A DNA stretch of 64,000 nucleotides, from NCBI GenBank assembly GCA_963847445.1, contig CAWJZV010000023.1, positions 140,811 to 204,810 of the forward strand, written 5' to 3'. The translations under genes were made by a program, and so were the position numbers. Below are positions 10,101 to 20,838 of the stretch, piece by piece. The stretch comes from an uncultured delta proteobacterium (GTDB taxonomy: Bacteria > Desulfobacterota > Binatia > UBA9968). The notes under the pieces were generated by a model, which worked only from the letters and a program-made list of their open reading frames with translations, was not told the origin of the DNA and searched no databases. Within the stretch, counting starts at the first letter, position 1. The number at the start of each line of letters is the position of its first letter.

Positions 10101-13100
10101 AGCGGTAAGTTGCCCAACTGCATGGTGCCGGCTGTTTTCATCTCTTTACCAGCCTTGCCGCTGACGCCCAACGGCAAAGTCGACCGCCGGGCATTGCCTG
10201 CTCCGGATGGACCGCGAACCAGCGCGGCACGTGAGATTATCGAGCCGCGCGACGAGATCGAAGAGCTGGTGGCGCAGGTGTGGCGCGAGGTGTTGAAACT
10301 CGACCGGCTCGGCGTGCAGGAAAACTTTTTCCAGCTCGGCGGCCACTCGCTGCTCGCGACCCGCGTGGTGGCGCGCTTGCGTGGCCACTTTAACGTCGAT
10401 CTGGCGCTGCGGAAAATCTTTGAACGGCCCACCGTCGCCGGGCTCGCCGAGGAAATTGCCATATTGCGCCGTAATCAGAGCGGGACCGGCGTGATGCCGA
10501 TGATGCGAATCGCGCGTGGCGGCAAATTGCCGCTGTCATTTTCCCAGCGCCGTTTGTGGTTCTTGCAAAAACTTGACGGCGATCTCGCTGCTTACCATAT
10601 ACCGGCGCTATTTCGCATCGACGGCGCTGCTCGATGGTGCGGCGTTGGCGCAGGCGTTGAATCTGGTCACTGCGCGCCACGAGGCGCTGCGCACCGCCAT
10701 TAGAGAAGTTGGCGGCGAACCCTGCCAGGAAATTGTCGCGCAGTTAACGATTGCGCTGCCGATCACCGATTTGTCCGGTTTGCCGAATGACCAAGCTGGA
10801 ATCGGAATGGCGTCGGCTGGCAAACCTGGTTCACCTTACGCCCTATGATTTGGCGCGGGCGCCGCTGTGGCGCGCCCAGTTAGTCAAGTTGGCCGAGCAG
10901 GAGCATCTGCTGATCTTGAATTTCCATCACATCATCGCCGATGGCGCTTCGCTGGCGATCTTTTATCGCGAACTTGCATCAAGCTATGAGGCCTATCGCC
11001 GCAAGGAGGTCGCGTCTTTCGCGCCATTGCCGTTGTCCTATGCCGACTACGCCGGTTGGCAGCAGCAGTGGCTAGCCTCACCGGCCTGTGCTGCCGAGCT
11101 GGATTACTGGAAGCGTAATCTCGCCGGTTTGTCGGCGCCGGCATCGATGCCGACGGATTTTCCCCGTCCGGCGGCGCGCAGCTACCGCGGCGCCAGATCG
11201 GTACGGCGCCTGCCTGTGGAACTCAGTGCGGCGCTGAACCGTTTCACCCGCCAACAGGGCGTGACCTCGTTCATGACTTTGCTTGCGGCGTTCAGCGTTT
11301 TGCTTGCGCGGATCGGCGGCCAGACGGATGTTGTTATTGGCTCCACCGTCGCTGGCCGCAACCATGCGGCGATGGAAGGGGTGATCGGTTTCTTTATCAA
11401 CGTCCTGCCGCTTCGGCTTCAACTTGGCGACAATCCGACTTTCATTGGCTTGCTGCGCCGAGTTCGCGAAGTTTGCTTGGACGCGTACAGCAATCAGGAG
11501 TTGCCCTTCGAGAAATTGGTCGAAGAGATCAATCCGGCGCGCGCTCCCAGCCGCAATCCGCTGTTCGATATTCTCTTCAATGTCGCCGACCTGTCGGAGC
11601 GCAAGTTTTCGCTGGCTGGCTGCAAGATCGACAAGATCATGGCAAGCGCCCCCAGCGCCAAATTCGACTTGGTGCTGTCGGCGCCGGAAATCGCCGGCAG
11701 CGTGGAACTCACGGTGGATTACAATGTCGAACTTTACCGCCCGGAGCGGATCGCTGCCGTGCTCGAACAATTCGAACTGATCCTCGCGCAAGCGCTGCGC
11801 TGTCCTGAGCTGGCGATTGAGGAACTTTCACTAGTTGGCGAAACGGCGCGAGGGTTGCTGCCCGATCCGACGGCGCTACTCGATGACCGCTGGGAGGGGG
11901 CGATCCATGAACTGGTCGCCGCGCAAGCGCGCCATGCGCCGGCAAAAACTGCGCTAGTTCAGGGCGGTGAGAGTTGGAGCTACGCCGAGCTTGATCAGGC
12001 CGCCGGACGGTTTAGCGGCGCGCTCAGGGCCGGCGGCGTGAATGCCGAAGGACGTGGTGGCGATCTACGCTGCGCGCGATGCGTCGTTGGTCGTGGCCCT
12101 GTTGGGAATCCTGCAAACCGGCGCAAGCTTTTTGATTCTCGATCCGGCGTACCCGGCGGCACGCACAATAGATTACCTGAAAATCGCTCGGCCTAGGGCT
12201 TGGATCAAACTCGGCGGTCGCGGGCGAACTCGCGGTGGAATTGGCCGACTGTCTCAAAGCGTTGGACGTCTAAGTTTCACATGACTCTTGCGCGCGGCAA
12301 AGCCGCGATTGCCGCAGCGCTGACGCATAGCGAGAACGGCCGTATCTCAGTGCCGGTAGCGGCGCAGGATCCAGCCTATATCGCCTTTACATCCGGCTCC
12401 AGCGGAGAACCCAAAGCCGTTCTCTGCGGTCATGGGCCGATGACGCATTTTTTGCCCTGGCAGCGGGACGCTTTCGAGTTGCGCGGGAGCGATCGCTTCG
12501 CCATGCTCTCCGGCCTGGCCTACAGTCATCTGCATCGCGACCTGTTTACCGCGCTGGCGCTCGGCGCGACGCTTTACATTCCTGACGATCGCACCGCCCG
12601 GGCGCCGGACTTACTGGCAAACTGGTTGGACGATAATCGCATCACGGTTCTGCATCTCACGCCGGCGTTAGGACAGTTGCTTTTAGCCGGCGGCCAGTGC
12701 TCGTTGCCGGCGGTGCGCCGGATTTTTTTCGGCGGCGATGTCTTGACCAGCGAAGAGGTGCGGCGCATGCATCGCTTGGCGCCAAAGGCGGTGATCGGCA
12801 GTTTTTACGGCGCCACCGAGAGCCAGCGCGCCGTCGGCTATTACGAGATTGGCGGCGAGTTGCTCGACGCCGCTGACCATTCATCGCGGCCGGTGCCGTT
12901 GGGGCGCGGTATCAAGGATGTGCAGCTACTGGTTCTGAACAAGCGCCGGCAGCTTTGCGGCATCGGCGAGTTGGGCGAACTTTATGTGCGCAGCCCGCAT
13001 TTGGCGTTGGGCTATGTCAACGACGACCAGCGCAGCGCGGAAATGTTTATCGTCAATCCATTCACCGGAAACGGACGTGACCGGCTCTATCGTACCGGCG

Positions 13101-13816
13101 AACTCGGCCGCTATCGGCCCGACGGCAACGTCGACTGGGCCGGCCGTTCCGACCGGCGCGTCAACATCCGTGGCTTCCGCGTCGAGCTGGCGGAAGTCGA
13201 AACGGCGCTCAAACAACATTCGACGGTGCTCGACGCAGTGGTGATCGCAAGAGACTTCCCAACTCCTGAATCCGACAATCCAAAACCAAAAAGCGGCCCC
13301 GCGGACCAAAATCCAAAATTCGATAAGCGGTTAGTCGCTTACGTCGTCGCCAGCGAAGCAGGGGAAAGCGAGATCGAGGTTTTACGTTCCTATCTTGCCG
13401 CCAAGCTGCCGGACTACATGGTGCCGGGTTATTTCGTCCTTCTCGACCGGCTGCCCCTGGGGCCCAATGGCAAGCTCGACCACGATGCGTTGCCGCCTGT
13501 GATGCAATCCTGCGCCGAGTCGAGCACTGCGGCGCTCGCGCCGCGTTCTGAGGTCGAAGCCAAGTTGTGCGAGATATTTTCCGAGGTATTGGGCCGGGAG
13601 CGGATTGGCGTCGACGATAATTTCTTTCGCCTCGGCGGCCATTCTTTGCTCGCCGCGCAAGTCGCGCTGCGGATTAAAAATGGCTTCGGCGTCGGCCTCG
13701 AGTTGCGCGCCTTTCTGGCGGCGCCGACGGTGGCGGCGTTGGCGCGCTCGCTAGGCAATTTGACTGTTAACCCGGTGCCGGCTGGCGGCGGCGAGCGCGA
13801 GGAGATCGAGCTATAG
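7170..13816 (+). CDS. Bimodular NRPS C-A-T-C-A-T (frameshifts near 10625, 10795, 12045, 12215-12260)
   Basis: PLSFAQERLWF C domain (HQAVCDG), A2 YTSGSTGHPKG, PCP GGHSLL, second C HHIIADG, A3 FTSGSSGEPKA, PCP GGHSLL, C-terminal EREEIEL; assembled from ORFs 7020..10703, 10516..10848, 10751..12196, 12042..12284, 12200..13816. Confidence 0.88.
9018..9074. repeat. Palindromic heptamer array inserted in frame in the NRPS A2 domain
   Basis: GATCGAG GATGGAG CATGGAT GATAG followed by CGATCCT CGATCCT CAATCCT CCATCCT CGA; encodes DRGWSMDDSDPRSSILHPR. Confidence 0.8.
13269..13321. repeat. Degenerate AATCCAA/CCAAAA short-repeat insertion in the NRPS A3 C-terminal subdomain
   Basis: AATCCGAC AATCCAAAA CCAAAA..CCAAAATCCAAAATT encoding ESDNPKPKSGPADQNPKF between AVV and RLVAY. 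Confidence 0.55.
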
Positions 13817-16800
13817 ATACCGGGAACTTTATCGCGCAGTTGCGTGCGCTCGATATCGCGATATGCGCCGATGGCGATAAGTTGCGCATCAACGCGCCCA
13901 AGGGCGCGCTGACCGGTGAGCTGCGCGCAGCCATCGCCGCCGGTAAAGCCGAACTGCTGGCGATGCTTCGCGCCGGCGCTGCGATCGCGGCGCGCTCCAT
14001 TGCGCCTCGCGGGATCGGCGAGGGCGCGCCTTTGTCTTTGGCCCAAGAGCGCCTGTGGTTCTTGGCGCAACTGGCGCCGGAAAGTTCCGTTTACAACTTA
14101 TGTCGCGGGTTCCGCCTACGCGGTCCGCTCCATCGCCAGGCTCTCGCCGCGAGTCTCGACGAGATAGTCCGGCGTCATGAAGTGCTGCGTTCGAAGTTTT
14201 GCACGATCGATGGCAGACCGATGCAAGTTCCGGTTGCCGGCGCCGGGAGGTTGCTGCGGGTAACAGATCTGCGCCGGCTGTCCGGCATCCGACGTGAGAA
14301 TGATCTGCGCCGGCGCATTATGCTGGAAGCGGAAACTCCATTCGATCTGGCGGTGGGGCGACTGCTGCGCGCGCGCTTACTGCAAGTCGACGACGCCGAG
14401 CATGTTTTGCTTCTAACCACCCATCACCTTGTCGCCGATGCTTGGTCCATGGGCATTCTCGTCGGCGAACTTTGGCAGCTTTACCGCGCCTTCGTCGCCG
14501 GACAAGCGTCACCCTTGGCCGAATTGCCGATTCAATATGGCGACTTTGCCATTTGGCAGCGCCGCCGTATGGAGACGGCGCCGCTTCAGGAACAGCTTCG
14601 GTACTGGCGTAAACAGTTGGATGGCGTGGCAGCCCTCGATCTGCCCACCGACCGGTCCCGGCCGGTGCGGCAAAGTTTTCGCGGCCGACGCTACCCGTTG
14701 AATTTTTCACCATCGTTAACGGCGTCGCTCAATCGCTTGGCTGCGCAGGAGAACGCGACGCCGTTCATGGTGCTGTTGGCGTCGTTTCAGCTCCTGCTGC
14801 ATCGTTACTCGGGCCAGGACGATATCGTTGTCGGTTCGGCGGTTAGCGATCGGCCGTGCGCCGAATGCGAGGGGCTGATAGGTTTTTTCGTCAACACTTT
14901 GATTCTGCGCGGTGATCTGAGCGGCCAGCCGAGCTTTCGCGACTATTTGCGGCGGCTGCGCGAAGTATGTCTCGATGCTTACGCGCACCAGGATATCCCG
15001 TTTGAGAAACTGGTCGAAGAATTCAAGCCGCGCCGGGAGTTCCATCGCCAGCCGTTGTTTCAAGCTTTCTTTGTTTTGCAGAACACGCCGAATCGTTGGG
15101 TGGTGCCGGATGGAATCGATGTCGAGCCACTGGAAGTGGAGAACGCCACGGCGCAGTACGATCTGTCGCTTTACCTGCGCGAGCGCGGCGGCCGGCTGCT
15201 CGGTTATTTCGAGTACGCCAGCGATCTGTTCGACGCCGCGACCATCGAGCGCCTGGCTGGACATTTTGAAATTCTCTTGACCGACATCGCCGCCAATCCT
15301 GCTCAAACCATCGCTTCCTTGGCCATGCTCAGTGAAAACGAGCGGCGGCGGATGTTAGTCGAATGGAACGACAGTGCGGCGGCTTATCCGAGCCAAAGCT
15401 GCATTCACGAGCTGTTCGAGGCCCAAGTCGCGCGCACGCCGGACGGCGTTGCCATAGAGTTCCAATCGTCAACGTTGACCTTCGCCGAACTCAATCGGCG
15501 TGCCAACAGGGTGGCGCATTTTTTACGCGGTCGTGGCGTTGGCGCCGACGGGCGCGTCGGGCTTGCTGGTTGCGCGTTCGCTCGAGATGATTGTTGGCCT
15601 GCTCGGGATTCTCAAGGCCGGCGCTGCTTATGTGCCGCTCGACCCCAGTTATCCGGCGGCACGTTTGGATTTCATGGTCGTCGACGCTGAGATCGAACTT
15701 TTGCTCACCCAGCGAAAGCTCGCCGGCACAATTTCCCCGGCAGATATTTCGCTGGTTTGTCTCGACGATGCCGATCTATTCGCCGGCCAGAGTCACGAGA
15801 ATCCCACGGGACTGTCCAGCGCGGCAAGCGCCGCTTATGTCATCTACACTTCAGGTTCCACTGGGTTTCCTAAAGGCGTGGTCGGGCTTCATCGCGGCGC
15901 GGTGAATCGTTGCGCCTGGATGTGGCGGCGTTATCCGTTTCGCCGCGGCGAAGTTTGTTGCAGCAAGACTTCGTTGAGCTTTCGTCGATTCGGTGTGGGA
16001 AATCTTTGGACCACTGCTGCAAGGTTTTCCTCTGGCGATCGCCGACGATGACACGGCCCATGATCCGCATGCGCTGATCGAGTTTCTTGCCCATCGGCGG
16101 GTGAGCCGGATTGTCTTGGTGCCATCGCTGCTAAAGGCCTTTCTTGATGATGGCGCCGACCTGGCGGTTAAGTTGCCGCGGCTAAAACTATGGACCAGCA
16201 GCGGCGAGACGCTGACCGTCGAACTTGCACAACGGTTTCGCAAAAATCTTCCTGGGGCGCTTTTGCTCAATCTCTACGGTTCCTCGGAAGTCGCCGCCGA
16301 CGCAAGCTATTTTGAATATGACGGTGGGGCTTCAGGGAAGACGGTGGCGATTGGCCGGCCGATCTCGAACAGCATGGTTTATCTTCTGGATGCGCAGCGC
16401 CGGCCCGTGCCGGTCGGCGTCATCGGCGAACTGTATGTCGGCGGTGACGGCTTGGCGCGGGGCTATTGGCGCCGGCCGGAACTGACCGCGGAAAAATTCG
16501 TCGTCAATCCCTTCAGCGCCGATCCGGGCTCCCGGCTGTTTCGCACCGGCGACTTGGCGCGTTACCGCGCCGATGGCAATCTCGAGTATCTTGGCCGCGC
16601 CGATAACCAAATCAAAATCGCCGGCCAGCGCGTTGAACTGAGCGAGATCGAAGCTGCGCTGCGCAGGCATCCAAGGATCGACGACTGCGTTGTGAACTTG
16701 GCGGACCATGACAACGGCGCGATCGGAAATGCGCCATTGGCGAATTCCTTGGTGGCGTACCTTGTATCACCAACGCCGCCGACCGACCGCGAGCTGCGCG

Positions 16801-18596
16801 AGTATCTCCAGCAAAAGCTGCCGGCTTGCATGCTACCGGCTGGGTTTGTTCGCTTGGAGCGCCTACCGCTTCTGCCCAACGGCAAATTGGATCGATGCGC
16901 GCTGCCGGAGCTCGCAGGCGCGCCAGTGAAGGCTGAATCGAAGCTGGTGGGGCCGCGCAGCAAAACCGAAGAGAAAGTTGCCGCGATCTGGCGCGAGGCG
17001 CTGGGTTTAGACTGGATTGGCGTCGACGATGACTTCTTCGAACTCGGTGGCCATTCGATATTGGCGATGCAAATGGTCGCGCGGTTGCGCGCGGCATTCG
17101 GCGCCGAGTTCTCCGTGCGCGAGTTTTTCGCTGCGCCGACGGTCGCCGGCGTCGCTGCTCGGATAAAAAAAGGCGCGCGCGCGGCGCTACCGCCAATCCT
17201 GCCCCCGATCCTGCCATTGCCTAATGCCGGTGCGTTACCGGTGTCATCGGCGCAGGATCTTTTCTGGCGCATGGACAACTTGTTGTCGGGAGCGGATTTT
17301 TTGAATCTCCCCTACGGCTACCGGCTCAGCGGGCGATTGAACCAGGCGGCGCTGGAGCGCGCCGTCGAGGCGATCACGGCGCGCCATGGAGTGTTGCGCA
17401 CGGTCTTCAGAGCGCGCCGCGGCCAGCTTGTTCAAGTCGTCCGGCGCCAACTGCGGCTGCCGCTCAAACGATTCGATTTGGCCTCCAAGCCAGAACCCAT
17501 GCGCCACGCCGAGCTTGAGCGACTCTCCCACGCCGACGCGACGGCAATCTTCGACCTGGAAAAGGGGCCACCGTTCCGGGTGACGTTAATTCGATTGGCC
17601 GCGGCCGAACATGTCTTGCTCGTGACGATGCATCATATTATCGCCGATCAATGGTCGATGCGGTTGTTTCGCAGCGAGCTTGTGATGTTTTACAGAGCCT
17701 TTGCTCAAGGTAAGTCCGCGACGGTGGCGGCGTTGCCGTATCAATTTGCCGATTTTAGCCAATGGCAACGGCGACTGTTGGACACCGGCGGATTTGACGA
17801 TCAACTCAACTTTTGGCAGAAGCAGTTGGCCGGTCCGTTGCCAAGGATCGATTTTTCGTCGGTCTGCAAACCGCGAAAAAAATTGACGCTGCGGTCCGGA
17901 CGGCTGTCGATGGATATAAGCGCGGCGGTGAGCGCGGCAATTCACAAATTGGCGCGCCGGCAGAGAACCACACCGTTTGTGGTCCTGGTTGCGGCGTTAA
18001 ACTTTTGGCTCCACCGCTTGACCGGCTGCCGCGATCTTCGCATCGGAACGTTGGTGGCAAATCGCCACCAGCCTCATACGGAGAGTCTGATCGGCTACTT
18101 CGTCAATGCGGTGGTGTTGCGAACCCGGGTGGCGCCGCGGATGTCGTTCGTCGATCTTTTGCAACAGACCCGATCCGTGGCGCAGGAAGCCTTTGCCCAT
18201 CAGGATCTGCCCATCGCGGAGCTGAGCCGTATCCTGCAGAGAGCAGGCGCTGAGCAAACAAACCTATACCCGGTTATGGTGAATTACCGGCGCTTGATCG
18301 ATGAGCCTGAGGATGTCGCTGGTTTGACATTTGCTCACTGGTCCAAGGGTGGGGATCGGGCGGCGGCCCCGGAGGTGGCACTTACCTCGGCAGAGCTGAG
18401 TTTCGAGTTTCGCGAGCTGGCAACAAAGTTGACCGTGAGTGTCAACTATCGTTGCAGTTTGTTCGATGACCGTTACGCCCGGCAGTTGCTCGATGGATTC
18501 ATGGCGGTGCTCGGTGCCGCCGTGGAGCGGCCTGAAGGCGATATAGCGAATTTTCAGATCGTGTCTGACGGCTTACAATCGAGGAGGTTGCAATGA
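13813..18596 (+). CDS. NRPS with TubC-type N-terminal docking domain, C-A-T-C, no TE (frameshifts near 15560, 15982)
   Basis: FIAQLRALDI..GDKLRINAPKGALT docking domain; C HHLVADA; A4 YTSGSTGFPKG and FVDSVWE; PCP GGHSIL; terminal C HHIIADQ; start inferred at ATA 13813 (ORF track start TTG 13840). Confidence 0.88.
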
Positions 18597-20392
18597 GGCA
18601 ATGGATTGCCTTGAGTGTGATCGCGGTTTTACTTGTCACCGGTTCAACCTACGCCGGCGAGAGCGGCGAGAGTTACCATTGGACACCGGCGGAGATGAGT
18701 ACCCGGCCCGCCAGCCGCAGCGGCCAACTGATGCGCAAAATCGCCGCTGTCCGGCTCTTGCCCGACGACATGGCGATGCCCAAGGACATCGATTGTCACG
18801 ACGAACCTTGTAGGTTCGACTTGTATTATTTTTTCGGCAAGGGCTTTAACCTCGCCCGTCCCGAGCGCAAGAATATTTTATTCATTGCCGGCGGGCCCGG
18901 CCAACTCGTCGACAACGTTAACCAGATGGGTCGCATGCTCGGCCATCTAGAGGCTCGTCATAATGTGGTTTATTTCGACCTGCGCGGCGGTGGCCGCAGC
19001 GTGATCCCTGCGAGCAACAAGTTCGATCGTTTCCTGCGCGCTGAATACGTCGCCGACGACATCGAAAAAATCCGCAAAGCGGTGCTCAACCACAGGCCCT
19101 GGGATGCGATCTACTCGCATAGTTGGGGCGCGCTGCCGGCGCAATTGTACGCGGCTCGATTCGGCTCCAATAAAGTGAAAACGCTGATCCTGTCCGCGCC
19201 GGTGGTGCGAGATCGCGACACCCACGGCGCCCGCGCACGCATGACCGCGGCAAACTTGAAATTGATCTTGACGACTTACCGTTCGCCGCCAGGGCAGCCT
19301 TGTGACTGCCGCGATCGAAAGCTCCCGTTACCGGTGCAAACGTTTTTGGGCACAGCCACGGAAAAGCTCGGCGAGGTGAGCGCCCTAGTGGACGCTCGCG
19401 CCAGCTATAATTTTTGTTTTATCGATGTCGAGCAAGCCCATTGGCTCGGCGATAGTTTGGAAAAGCTCCTGAGTGAGATCGAGGCGCGGTTCGGCTCGGT
19501 GGATTTCGTCACCGATCATTATGACCAGTTGCTCAAGTCGGGCGATGCCGGATCGCGTCCGCGCTTCCCGCGGGAATTTTATTCGGCGATTAAAACGCTG
19601 CAGTTTACCGGCGCGCCGGAATCCGGCGTCAAGCCTTACGCCGGTGACTTCGCTAGGCAAATCGATGCGGCGTTGGTGATTGGCCATTATCTAACTCTCG
19701 CGCTGGAAAGCGCTTCCGGCAGCGCAACAATAACGCGCCAGTGCGCGGCCAGTTCGCCATTCTTAAAAAACGCCCAATGCGCCACTGGATACTGCAAGAT
19801 CATCGCGCCGGCAAAGCTCGCCGGCCAGCGCGACGGACCACTGGAGTCGATTCGCGCCAACCGGGTGCTGGGTCTGTATGATGGAGTCGCCCGTGCTTTA
19901 GTGCGGCCGGGCATGATCGAACGCGACAGTGGCGCTTGCTTCACCGGCCAAGATGTCACGGCGTTTGCCGCCGGCAGCGAGGGCAAAGAACTGCTGCGCG
20001 GCGAAGCCAAGAAACTCGGTGCCATTGCAGCGGAAAAGATTTGCCCTTGGACGCCGAAGAATCATCCCCATGAGGTCCGTACGCTGATTCTCAAGGGCGC
20101 CCGGGACACCGTGATCGCCGGCTGCCAAGCCGAGGATTTTTATCGCGATGGTCTCAAAGGCGAGCGCGCGCTGCTCGAGTTTCGCGGTACGGGCCATGCG
20201 ATGTATGCCGCTTCATTCAATTTTATCGGTGACCGCACGGTTTACGCGGAGTCGTTGCGGGTGGTCTTGGAAAGGTTCATGGATCTGCCCGTGGCGCGGC
20301 TGCGGACCGACAAGCTGGTGACGGGGAACATCGATAAACTGCAGGCGATATTTCGCGAACCCGATGCCGGACGGGCGGATTGTCCGGTTTGA
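18593..20392 (+). CDS. Secreted alpha/beta-fold hydrolase (S33 proline-iminopeptidase/TAP-like)
   Basis: Signal-like MRQWIALSVIAVLLVTGSTYA, IAGGPG, FDLRGGGRS, nucleophile SHSWG, GARD, GTGH; many Cys; ATGA overlap with the NRPS stop. Confidence 0.8.
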   Translation: MRQWIALSVIAVLLVTGSTYAGESGESYHWTPAEMSTRPASRSGQLMRKIAAVRLLPDDMAMPKDIDCHDEPCRFDLYYFFGKGFNLARPERKNILFIAGGPGQLVDNVNQMGRMLGHLEARHNVVYFDLRGGGRSVIPASNKFDRFLRAEYVADDIEKIRKAVLNHRPWDAIYSHSWGALPAQLYAARFGSNKVKTLILSAPVVRDRDTHGARARMTAANLKLILTTYRSPPGQPCDCRDRKLPLPVQTFLGTATEKLGEVSALVDARASYNFCFIDVEQAHWLGDSLEKLLSEIEARFGSVDFVTDHYDQLLKSGDAGSRPRFPREFYSAIKTLQFTGAPESGVKPYAGDFARQIDAALVIGHYLTLALESASGSATITRQCAASSPFLKNAQCATGYCKIIAPAKLAGQRDGPLESIRANRVLGLYDGVARALVRPGMIERDSGACFTGQDVTAFAAGSEGKELLRGEAKKLGAIAAEKICPWTPKNHPHEVRTLILKGARDTVIAGCQAEDFYRDGLKGERALLEFRGTGHAMYAASFNFIGDRTVYAESLRVVLERFMDLPVARLRTDKLVTGNIDKLQAIFREPDAGRADCPV

Positions 20393-20480
20393 AAGATTCA
20401 GCGCCGAAAAAAAATAATTTCCTTGGCGGCTAATCTGAAGTATTGTGCACGAGTAACGTCAACGGGAAAAGAGGTGCAAT

Positions 20481-20720
20481 GTGGGTAAAGGGGTAAAATT
20501 ATCGGCAGCGGCGGCGGCGAAATTGCGCAAAGCCAATCGCAAATTGATTAGCTCCAACAAAGATTTGCATGCCGCGGTCCAAGCTCTGGTGAAAGCGTCG
20601 AAGGCTAAATCTGCGGCTGCGAAGACTGCGGCGGCGCGCAAAGCCTACTCAACTGTAGTCAAGCGAAATCCGCTGCTGCGGGCGGCGGTGAAGGAAAATC
20701 TCAAGAAGCTTGCCGGCTAA
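20481..20720 (+). CDS. Small Lys/Ala-rich cationic protein (79 aa), unknown function
   Basis: GAGGT Shine-Dalgarno at 20471-20475 before GTG; fills the gap between hydrolase and convergent regulator; GC hairpin after the stop. Confidence 0.65.
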   Translation: MGKGVKLSAAAAAKLRKANRKLISSNKDLHAAVQALVKASKAKSAAAKTAAARKAYSTVVKRNPLLRAAVKENLKKLAG

Positions 20721-20723
20721 GCG

Positions 20724-20747
20724 CGCGGGCGGTGCGCCCGCGGTTTG
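20724..20747 (+). terminator. Possible intrinsic terminator after the small basic protein
   Basis: CGCGGGCG-GTG-CGCCCGCG stem followed by GTTT; weak U-tract. Confidence 0.35.
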
Positions 20748-20838
20748 ACAGGGCGGCGCTTTCTCGCAGGATGACCTGAAGTGACGGCTAGCCAGATGCG
20801 CCGACTGCATCGGGTCTGCCGAAGCGAAATCATACCTG

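Noticed and set aside
5236-18596. NRPS fragments as separate genes, programmed frameshifts or pseudogenes
   Set aside because: Breaks fall mid-domain without slippery motifs, and similar indels occur throughout the window
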